Source: Gemmatimonadales bacterium
GTDB lineage: Bacteria; Gemmatimonadota; Gemmatimonadetes; Gemmatimonadales; GWC2-71-9
DNA: 64,000 nt
Assembly: GCA_039794085.1 (NCBI GenBank)
Contig: JBDIWC010000006.1
Coordinates: 54,600-118,599 of the forward strand
Reading direction: 5' to 3'
Both the position numbers and the translations under genes were made by a program. The notes beneath the pieces are model-generated. The model was not told the origin of the DNA and searched no databases. It worked only from the letters and a program-made list of their open reading frames with translations. Positions 48,153 through 55,938 of the stretch are shown here, one piece after another. How positions within the stretch are numbered: position 1 is the stretch's first letter; each line of letters starts with the position of its first letter.

Positions 48153-49102
48153 TGCCCTCCAGGCGACGCCAGTGTGCCTGGGTCTCCGGGTCCACAGTTC
48201 ACGGCAAGTACGAGCTGCTTCGGGGAGTGGGACGGGGAGCATCTTCGGTGGTCTACGCCGCGCGAGAGCATGGCACCAACCGCGTGGTTGCCCTCAAACG
48301 GATCGCCTCAGGCTTCCGCCTCACTCCACTGATCCTCGAGCGGGTGCACCGGGAAATCCGGAGGATCCAGGACATTCGTCACCCGGGAATCGTACCCATC
48401 CACGAGTTTCTGGTGGAGGGGGAGGATGGAATCATCATCACCGAATTCGCTCCGGGTCAGAGTCTCGCCGACCGCCTCCGGCAGCGTGGAGCCTTGTCCG
48501 TGGATGAGGTGGTGACCCTTGGCATCGCCTTGGCCGGCACGCTCGCCGTGGCCCACGACGCGGGCATCGTTCACCGGGACATCAAGCCGGAAAACGTCAT
48601 GCTGGGGCAACTGGCAGGACCGCGCCTGACCGACTTCAGCAGCACCTCTCCGGCCGCTCGCCACGCGAGTCCTGTCTCCGTCCCCGATCATCCGTTGTCC
48701 CCCGATGCCGTCCGGGACAGGAAGGCGGGCCGCCCGGGGGACGCCCGGGAGGACATCTATGGTCTGGGCCTCACTCTGTATGTCGCCCTGGTCAACGAAG
48801 TGCCGCCGGGGATCGCTCCGGGTGTCCCGGCAGTCCCGGGCCCCTCGGGGTTCCACCCCAGCCAGGCGGCGGCGGGATCGTCGGTCCCGCGCTGGCTGGA
48901 TGAGGTGATCGCGCGTGCCACCGCAGCCTGTCCCGGTGACCGGTACCCCGATGCGCGCGCCTTTCTCCACGCCCTGGAGGGGGTGCGGTCCCGGAACGTC
49001 GCCACCCGGCTTCGCGTTCCGGGTGACGCTCGCGGGATCCCGCACGCAATGCCCGCCCCGCGGCCCCCTCTCGCTGACTCAGCCCCCCTGCTGATCGCCT
49101 GA
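48149..49102 (+). CDS. Hanks-type Ser/Thr kinase with degenerate activation segment
   Basis: GRGASSVVY, VALK, HRDIKPEN present; DFS instead of DFG; no GT..Y.APE. Confidence 0.82.
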   Translation: MMPSRRRQCAWVSGSTVHGKYELLRGVGRGASSVVYAAREHGTNRVVALKRIASGFRLTPLILERVHREIRRIQDIRHPGIVPIHEFLVEGEDGIIITEFAPGQSLADRLRQRGALSVDEVVTLGIALAGTLAVAHDAGIVHRDIKPENVMLGQLAGPRLTDFSSTSPAARHASPVSVPDHPLSPDAVRDRKAGRPGDAREDIYGLGLTLYVALVNEVPPGIAPGVPAVPGPSGFHPSQAAAGSSVPRWLDEVIARATAACPGDRYPDARAFLHALEGVRSRNVATRLRVPGDARGIPHAMPAPRPPLADSAPLLIA

Positions 49103-49109
49103 GACGGTG

Positions 49110-49577
49110 TCAACGCGGCGCGCGCGGCGTGGTGCACCCCGTCGTCTGCCGCGAATCAGCAATCTGGGTGATCCGCCACCCGTCGGACAGACGAGACAGC
49201 TGGAACGCGTCAAACCCGCAGTGGCTGAAGGCCCCGTCGATCGTGAGGTCGTACGCCACCCACACGGAGGCAAGCCGGTCGGAGACGCGAACCTCGGGAT
49301 CGAAAACACGCTCATCCAGCACCTGCGGCCGTCCCACCACGTTGCGGATGAAGTCGGCCATGGGAATCGAACGGGCTTCACCCGCCGGGGTGACCGCGAT
49401 CAGGCGTGCCATCGGTGCCAGGGTGCGCTGCATCACCAGGGAGTCCTTGGCGCGCATTCCCTCGAAGAACTCCTCCACCACCTGAACCACCGCGGCCTGG
49501 TCCTGCGCGGCAACGGGACCCGGTCGCCCGGCCACGACCAACACGACAATCAATCCGGCGACGGAACACGCGCGCAT
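49110..49577 (-). CDS. NTF2/SnoaL-like exported protein
   Basis: Signal VAA-Q; ASVWVAY..FSHCGFDAFQL..GWRITQIAD. Confidence 0.85.
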   Translation of the reverse strand: MRACSVAGLIVVLVVAGRPGPVAAQDQAAVVQVVEEFFEGMRAKDSLVMQRTLAPMARLIAVTPAGEARSIPMADFIRNVVGRPQVLDERVFDPEVRVSDRLASVWVAYDLTIDGAFSHCGFDAFQLSRLSDGWRITQIADSRQTTGCTTPRAPR

Positions 49578-49679
49578 CTTGACTCCCTGGGTGAAAGGTC
49601 ACCGAACGTGGAGTGATCCCTACCCTACGACTCCGCCGCCACCGTCGTTTCAGCGAGATGCCGAATGCCGGACGGCCCC

Positions 49680-50387
49680 TCAGAGGTATTGCCACCGATC
49701 GGTGAACAGCACGTACCCGACCAGGCAGGCGTTGGTGACCGCATGGCAGAGAACGAGATCCCCCAGGGATCGCGTGCGCCACATCCAGGCATTGTACACC
49801 AGCCCGGCCGCGAGCCCCACGTCCCAGAAGGAACCGTGCTCCAGGGAGAACAGGACCGCCGTGGCCCCGAAGGCCATCGGGGTGAAAGTCCCGAGCGGCA
49901 CCCGGTCGACCTCCGGGTTGATGACATAGCGCGGAAGCCACCCTCTCCAGAACAGTTCCTCGACCACCGGAACGAGCACGACGGCCCGAAGGAAGCGGAG
50001 GGAGAGCAGGAGAGGGTCGGTCCGGTGCGCCTCGGGCATCGAGGAGGCCACTCGCCCCACCACCTCGTTCTGAAAGAGGGCGATATCCCGGTAGCCGGGG
50101 ACCAGCAGATCCGGAGCGACCCACAACGCGAACACGGCGATCCCGACGCCCACGCTCGCTCCGGGCGATCTGATCCGCCGCGGCAACACCGGCCGGGAGA
50201 CCAGAGCCACCACCAGGCTGACCACCGCCAGCCGTACGATCGTGTCGACGGGCTCCGCGAGACCCACGGGAGGTCGAACCACGAACACCAGCAGAAACGT
50301 CACGAACGGCAGGGCCCAGGGAATGGCCTGCCTCACCGTTCCCTTCCCCGAACCTCCCGAAACCGGCTCGGCCGTGGCGCTCATCAA
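49680..50387 (-). CDS. CAAX prenyl protease-related (CPBP) intramembrane protease
   Basis: VEELFWRG, FSLEH, HAVTN. Confidence 0.9.
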   Translation of the reverse strand: MMSATAEPVSGGSGKGTVRQAIPWALPFVTFLLVFVVRPPVGLAEPVDTIVRLAVVSLVVALVSRPVLPRRIRSPGASVGVGIAVFALWVAPDLLVPGYRDIALFQNEVVGRVASSMPEAHRTDPLLLSLRFLRAVVLVPVVEELFWRGWLPRYVINPEVDRVPLGTFTPMAFGATAVLFSLEHGSFWDVGLAAGLVYNAWMWRTRSLGDLVLCHAVTNACLVGYVLFTDRWQYL

Positions 50388-50939
50388 TCAGGTCTCCTCG
50401 ACCTGCTGATTCCATCCCTCGACGGCGACGTTCCGCCGCCGGGGCCACACTGCATAGATCAGCGCGGGTGAAAAGAGGAGCAGTTCCGCGAGAATGACGC
50501 GCACACCAGCCCCGGTCAGGAAATCCCGCACCTCGACCACGGCGGGAATCGGCTGCCAGGAAAATCCGGTCACCGTGCCGCTCAGGGGCCAGAACCAGGG
50601 GACCCCGCGCGATCCGACATTCATGCTGTCCAGAATCAGATGACTGAGCGCCACCAGACCGGCCAGGACCGTCACCTGTCCTGCCGGCAACCCCCATCGC
50701 CGGGCCACCCTCTGAGCCAGGACGATGATCACCAGCACGGCCGCCAGGGAATGACTCGCCCCGCGGTGTCCCCAGGCCGATCCGTTCGGCGCGCCGAGGA
50801 GGAGCCCGATGACATCGAGGTCGGGGGCGAGGGACACTCCCACCAGGAGAGCCGCCGTGAGCCATCGACGCGGCGCGCTGGAAACCCCGGCGGCGCGGCC
50901 CGCGGCCAGGCCCACGATGGCATGTCCGATGGAAGGCAT
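50388..50939 (-). CDS. YdjM-like membrane metal-dependent hydrolase
   Basis: GH, PDLD, HRGASHS, SHLILD, FWP. Confidence 0.9.
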   Translation of the reverse strand: MPSIGHAIVGLAAGRAAGVSSAPRRWLTAALLVGVSLAPDLDVIGLLLGAPNGSAWGHRGASHSLAAVLVIIVLAQRVARRWGLPAGQVTVLAGLVALSHLILDSMNVGSRGVPWFWPLSGTVTGFSWQPIPAVVEVRDFLTGAGVRVILAELLLFSPALIYAVWPRRRNVAVEGWNQQVEET

Positions 50940-50944
50940 GGGTT

Positions 50945-52240
50945 CTACGGTTCTCCCCGCGGGCGCACCACCACCCCGTCTTTCATGACCCAGCGGACCC
51001 GGCGCAACGCCCCCGGATCGGCACGGGGATCGCCGTCCATCGCGATCAGATCGGCCAGGGCGCCACTTCGGACCACACCCAGCACCCCCTCCTGGTGCAG
51101 AATCCGGGCATTCACCGAGGTTGCCGACCGCAGCACTTCGATGAGGGGGATGCCGTAGTCCACCATGAGCTCCACCTCCCGCATGCTGTCCCCGTGGGGG
51201 AATACCCCCACATCACTGCCGAGACAGAACGTGACCCCCGCGGCCCGGGCCCGCTGCACCGACGCCCGCTTCGCCACCAGCCGGGCCGGTTCCGGCTCCG
51301 CACCGGCGCGCCACCCCTGGTACCGGGTGATGGCGTCTCCCGCGGCGAGCGTGGGGCAGAACGCGACCCCGCGTTCGGCCATCAGACGGAACACCTCGTC
51401 CGTTCCTCCGTCCCCATGCTCGATCGTTTCCACCCCCGCGAGCGCCGCACGACGCATGCCTTCCGCCGTGGCCGCATGGGCCACCGCGGGGCGACCGGAG
51501 GAGCGGGCAGTCTCGACGATCGTCGTCAACTCCTCCAGGCTGAAGGTGGGCTGTGCCTCCCCCGCGGGACCCCACCGGTAGTCGGCATAAACCTTGACCC
51601 AGTCGGCTCCGTGACCGATCTGGTCCCGGACGACGCGCACCAGGGAGGCTCCGTCGGCTGCCTCCGCTCCCAGGGGTGCGGGAACCGCCTCCACCAGACC
51701 CGTCGGACCGTACGAGCCGGTCGCCACGATCGCCTTCGAGGAGATGAACACCCGCGGACCGGGCACGATCCCCTCGGCGATGGCCCGCCGGAGTCCCGCG
51801 TCGGCGTAGCCGGCCCCTTCGGTCCCCAGATCACGGACCGTGGTGAATCCGGAGTGGAGCGTGGCTCGGGCATGTGCCGTTGCCCGGGCCACCCGGAGCG
51901 CTTCGGACTCCCGCAGGACCTGGTCCTCCCACGACGTCTCGTTGTAGGGGTGCAGGAAAAGGTGAGAGTGATTCTCGATCAGTCCCGGCATCAGCGTGGC
52001 GCCCGGGAGGTCGATCCAGCGGGCCTCCGCCGGCACCGCCACCGACCCGGCCGGACCGGCGGCGGCGATGCGATTCCCCCGGATCACCACGACCCAGTCG
52101 CGGTGAAACGCATCGGACTCGCCATCAAAGACCAGGGCCGGCCTCACCGCCATGGTCTCCCCGCGTTGGGCGGAGAGGGAGAGCGGAAGACCAACCATCA
52201 GTGTCACGGCCAGCAGCACCAGGCCCCGGGGATCAGTCAT
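50945..52240 (-). CDS. Amidohydrolase (Xaa-Pro dipeptidase-like), exported
   Basis: PGLIENHSH, GFTTVRDLG, GADWVK, AHA, TIEHG, GSD. Confidence 0.92.
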   Translation of the reverse strand: MTDPRGLVLLAVTLMVGLPLSLSAQRGETMAVRPALVFDGESDAFHRDWVVVIRGNRIAAAGPAGSVAVPAEARWIDLPGATLMPGLIENHSHLFLHPYNETSWEDQVLRESEALRVARATAHARATLHSGFTTVRDLGTEGAGYADAGLRRAIAEGIVPGPRVFISSKAIVATGSYGPTGLVEAVPAPLGAEAADGASLVRVVRDQIGHGADWVKVYADYRWGPAGEAQPTFSLEELTTIVETARSSGRPAVAHAATAEGMRRAALAGVETIEHGDGGTDEVFRLMAERGVAFCPTLAAGDAITRYQGWRAGAEPEPARLVAKRASVQRARAAGVTFCLGSDVGVFPHGDSMREVELMVDYGIPLIEVLRSATSVNARILHQEGVLGVVRSGALADLIAMDGDPRADPGALRRVRWVMKDGVVVRPRGEP

Positions 52241-52327
52241 GCGGAAAGTCCTCCCTCGTTCACACGCTCAGAGTTGCGCCACGGAAACACGCAGGCATTA
52301 TTCAGGGGTCCCGCGTCCGGAGAGCAC

Positions 52328-53254
52328 ATGCGGCCTGCCATGGGTATCCCTCTGATCCTCGCCACGCTTGCGCTGGGAGGGTGCGAGGGCGGCATGGGTG
52401 GAGCCGCGGGGATTCCCCGGGATTCCCTGGAGATTGTCCGGGCCCGGCTTGCCCAGGTGGAAGCGGTCTCCGCGGAGAAGGATAGCCTGGTCCGTGAGCT
52501 CTCGGAGGCCACCAGTCTGATCGTGGCTGTCGGGACCGAGATCGCCAGTGTCCAGGCGCCCGCCGACGCTGTGGGCCCCCGCTTGGCCGGCGCCGAGGGC
52601 TCCGCGGCGGATGACCGCGTGGCCCTCCTGGGTCAGGTCCGCGACCTCACCACCCGGGTCCGGCGCAGTGAAGCCCGCCTCAGCGCCACCCGGCGCCGGC
52701 TCGATGCCCTCATTTCCCGATCCGACAGCCTCAGCTTCACCCTCGGCGCCTATGAGCAGAGCCTGGCCGACCTCACCGCCATCGTCTCGTCCCAGAAGGA
52801 GACGGTCCTCGCCCTGGAAGCCCGCATCGATTCCCTCCAGTCCGAAAACATCCGGCTGGCGGAGGCCAACCTCGAGCTCGCCGACACCCTGACCGAAATG
52901 GGCCGCCGGGAGAGAACCGCTCATTTCGTGGCCGGGTCGAAGAAGGAGCTGCTCCAGCGTGGTATCATCGTGGAGGAGGGAGGCACCCGATTCCTGCTCT
53001 TCACCCGAACCGGAGAGACGCTGCGACCCGCCGAGTCCCTCGACCCGGCCGATTTCACAACCATCGACTGGACGGTGATCACCGAGATCCCCCTTCCGCG
53101 TCCCGACCGGCGCTACCGCCTGGTCAGCGCCCACGACACGGCCCACCTCGATCCCGCCACCGTGAGCAAGGGGAAAATTCAGGGCACACTCCGGATTCTC
53201 GACCCCCGGGCATTCTGGGCGGTCTCGCGCTTTCTCATTCTCGTGGAAGACTAG
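52328..53254 (+). CDS. Hypothetical coiled-coil lipoprotein
   Basis: Lipobox-like LGGC; long heptad-rich segment; C-terminal globular domain (GSKKELLQRGII, DPRAFW). Confidence 0.75.
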   Translation: MRPAMGIPLILATLALGGCEGGMGGAAGIPRDSLEIVRARLAQVEAVSAEKDSLVRELSEATSLIVAVGTEIASVQAPADAVGPRLAGAEGSAADDRVALLGQVRDLTTRVRRSEARLSATRRRLDALISRSDSLSFTLGAYEQSLADLTAIVSSQKETVLALEARIDSLQSENIRLAEANLELADTLTEMGRRERTAHFVAGSKKELLQRGIIVEEGGTRFLLFTRTGETLRPAESLDPADFTTIDWTVITEIPLPRPDRRYRLVSAHDTAHLDPATVSKGKIQGTLRILDPRAFWAVSRFLILVED

Positions 53255-53779
53255 GTGAATCTGCTCCTCATCCGGCACGCCGCGGCGGAGGACCGCGATG
53301 CCTTCGCCGCCACCGGGGCGCCGGACGAGGACCGGCCCCTCACCGACCGGGGCAGCCGCCGCATGCGCGCCGCCGCCCGCGGTCTCGTCACCCTGGTTCC
53401 CCGGATCGATCTCCTGGCCACCAGCCCCTGGCTCCGCGCCCGCGAAACGGCGGAGATCGTCGGTCGCGCCTGTCGGCCCCGCATTTCGACGCCGGTGGTG
53501 ACCGACCTGCTCGTCCCGGGGGCGGAGTACGACGCGTTGCGCCGGTGGCTCGCCGCCGAACCGGGAGCGAAGGTGGTGGCGCTGGTGGGGCATGAGCCCC
53601 ATGTGAGCCACCTCCTGGGTTGGGTGCTGACGGGAAGCGCGTCGCGGGAACTCACCTGCTTCAAGAAGGGCGCGGTGGCCAGTCTGCAGCTCGACCCCAC
53701 CCTGCCACCCGGGCACTCAACCCTGGACTGGTTCCTGACTCCCCGCCAGCTACGCGCGCTGGATCCGAAGGGGAACTGA
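53255..53779 (+). CDS. sixA: Phosphohistidine phosphatase SixA
   Basis: IRHA, RPLT, SPWLRARET, LVGHEP, FKKG. Confidence 0.9.
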   Translation: MNLLLIRHAAAEDRDAFAATGAPDEDRPLTDRGSRRMRAAARGLVTLVPRIDLLATSPWLRARETAEIVGRACRPRISTPVVTDLLVPGAEYDALRRWLAAEPGAKVVALVGHEPHVSHLLGWVLTGSASRELTCFKKGAVASLQLDPTLPPGHSTLDWFLTPRQLRALDPKGN

Positions 53780-53800
53780 CTCCGCCCGGTCCGGGGGAGC

Positions 53801-55780
53801 TCACGGCACCAGCGCCAGCGGGTCCTGGACCTCGACTCCCAGCACCATCTTCGAGAAAAACGCGTATTCCCGCTTCATCTTGTCGAGCTGGTGGCGGGGT
53901 TCGCTCAGACCATGCCCCGCCCGCGGGTAGAACACCAGGGTGACGGGGACGTCGTTCTTCCGGAGCCCCATGTACAGTTCCTGCGCCTGACCGATCGGCA
54001 CCCGCTGATCCTGCTGTCCATGAAGGATCAGCGTGGGTGTCTTCGCCTGCTTGATGAACCTCATCGCCGACGCGCGACGGTACGCCTCCTCATCGTCCCA
54101 GGGCTCGGCGCCGAAATAGTCCTCCAACACCGTCTGGAGGTCGTTGGTCGAGTACATCGAGTACATGTTGGTGAGGCCCGCACCGACCATCACCCCCTTG
54201 AACCGGTCCGTCTGGGTGAGGGTCCACGCCGTCATGTAGCCTCCGTAGCTCCAACCCGCCTGCCCCAGGCGGTCCGGGTCGGCGATTCCCCGGCGGACCA
54301 GCTCGTCCAGGCCCGTCTGGATGTCCTGGTAGTCGCCGCCGCCCCAGTCGCGGACATTGGCCTTGAGGAACGCCTCCCCGTAGCCACTCGAGCCCCGCAC
54401 ATTCGGGTAGAAGCTGACCCAGCCACGGCCCGCGTAGACATGGCCGTAGTTGCCCCACGACCCCGGGAACGACTGAGTCCAGACCCCGGAGGGGCCGCCG
54501 TGAATGAACGTCATGGTGGGGTAACGCTGGCCCGGCTGGTACCCGACCGGGTAGACCACGATCCCCTCGATCTCCATTCCGTCTCGGCTCTTCCAGCGGA
54601 TTACCTCACCCCGGCCCAGAGCCATCGACCGGACGCCCGGATTGTGGTCGGAGAGCCGCACCGGTGTGAACCGGTCGAGCCCCCCGACGACGTGGACATC
54701 GGACGGATTGCGCACGTCGGCAAGAGTGAAGGCCGCCACCCGCCCATCCGCGGAGAAGCTCGGGGCCGACATCACCCCGTCCACCCGCGAGAGTTGCCGG
54801 GGAAAACCGCCGGACGCGGGCACCGAGAAGAGTTGGGACGTGGTCCCGACGGTCGAGGAGAAGGAGAGCGTCCTGCCGTCCGGACTCCAGGTGACGGGGC
54901 CCGGTTGCCACCGGAACTGCGGTGCGATCCGCGTCGGGGGGCCACCCCGTGCCGGAATGGTCCGAATCTCGGTCTGACCGAACCGGTCGTCCCTCGACAG
55001 GTATGCGATCGTCGTCCCGTCCGGAGACCAGCGCGGGGACGCGTCGGGGCCCGGGTTTTCGAGCAACTTCATCCGCTCTCCCCCGGCCACGGTCACGACC
55101 CAGAGATCGGACTGGCTTCCATCGTCCGCTTTGGGCGTCGGTCTGGCGCTGAAGGCGATCCGGTCGCCGTCGGGGGACCACTGGGGATCGCTCAACTGCA
55201 GGTCGGCCGCCACCAGCTCCGTGCCCTTCCGCGTGGCCAGATCGAAGATCCAGAGCCGGTTGTACCGGAAGTTCCGGTCCACCACGATCGCATCATCCTT
55301 CGCCTTTTCCTTCTTCTCCTCCTCCGGCGTGGGTGAGCGCACCGCCAGATAGGCGATCGACGCCCCGTCGGGCGCCCAGGAAAACGACTGCACTCCGGTT
55401 TTCGACTCCGTCAGGAGTTCCGCTTCACCACCCGTGGGGCGGATCCGCCAGATCTGGGATCGGCCGTCGCGGGACGACACGAACCCGATCCACTTTCCGT
55501 CCGGGGACCACCGCGGTTGCGCATCCGACTTGGGGCTGCGGGTGAGCTGGATCGGCTCGCCCCCGCCGATCGCCACGAGCCAGAGATCGGTGTTGGCCGC
55601 ATTCTGTTCGAGGTCGGCCACGCTCACGACATAGGCAACCCAGCGTCCATCGGGAGAGACCTGGGCATCGCTGACCTGCCGGAGCGCCAGGACATCGTCC
55701 GGCGTCATCGGCTGCTGGGCGGCGATGGGGGTGAACAGGACCGTCACCGCGGCGACGGGAAGCCAGAGGAGGCGGCGCAT
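53801..55780 (-). CDS. S9 family peptidase (acylaminoacyl/dipeptidyl peptidase)
   Basis: Signal peptide, WSPDG propeller repeats, HGGP, GWSYGG, D and H of the catalytic triad. Confidence 0.95.
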   Translation of the reverse strand: MRRLLWLPVAAVTVLFTPIAAQQPMTPDDVLALRQVSDAQVSPDGRWVAYVVSVADLEQNAANTDLWLVAIGGGEPIQLTRSPKSDAQPRWSPDGKWIGFVSSRDGRSQIWRIRPTGGEAELLTESKTGVQSFSWAPDGASIAYLAVRSPTPEEEKKEKAKDDAIVVDRNFRYNRLWIFDLATRKGTELVAADLQLSDPQWSPDGDRIAFSARPTPKADDGSQSDLWVVTVAGGERMKLLENPGPDASPRWSPDGTTIAYLSRDDRFGQTEIRTIPARGGPPTRIAPQFRWQPGPVTWSPDGRTLSFSSTVGTTSQLFSVPASGGFPRQLSRVDGVMSAPSFSADGRVAAFTLADVRNPSDVHVVGGLDRFTPVRLSDHNPGVRSMALGRGEVIRWKSRDGMEIEGIVVYPVGYQPGQRYPTMTFIHGGPSGVWTQSFPGSWGNYGHVYAGRGWVSFYPNVRGSSGYGEAFLKANVRDWGGGDYQDIQTGLDELVRRGIADPDRLGQAGWSYGGYMTAWTLTQTDRFKGVMVGAGLTNMYSMYSTNDLQTVLEDYFGAEPWDDEEAYRRASAMRFIKQAKTPTLILHGQQDQRVPIGQAQELYMGLRKNDVPVTLVFYPRAGHGLSEPRHQLDKMKREYAFFSKMVLGVEVQDPLALVP

Positions 55781-55892
55781 CGGGTACTCCTGGAGGGGGG
55801 TGGTGAGAGTGTACACGGGAGGAGCCCGGCACGCCACACAGTAGATCGGCCCTGGAGGTCGCAGGGGAATAGCGAGAGCCCGCCCCGGAGGC

Positions 55893-55920
55893 GGTGCTTG
55901 TGAAAACTTTCACAAGCACC
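55893..55920. promoter_or_regulatory. Perfect 13-bp palindrome containing a Rex-operator consensus (alternatively a terminator hairpin)
   Basis: GGTGCTTGTGAAA-AC-TTTCACAAGCACC; core TTGTGAA-N4-TTCACAA at 55898-55915. Confidence 0.55.
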
Positions 55921-55938
55921 CCTTCCGGGCCGCGCTGA

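Noticed and set aside
51095..52327. N-terminal part of 719-aa ORF
   Set aside because: Antisense of the amidohydrolase; the coiled-coil lipoprotein starts at about 52328.
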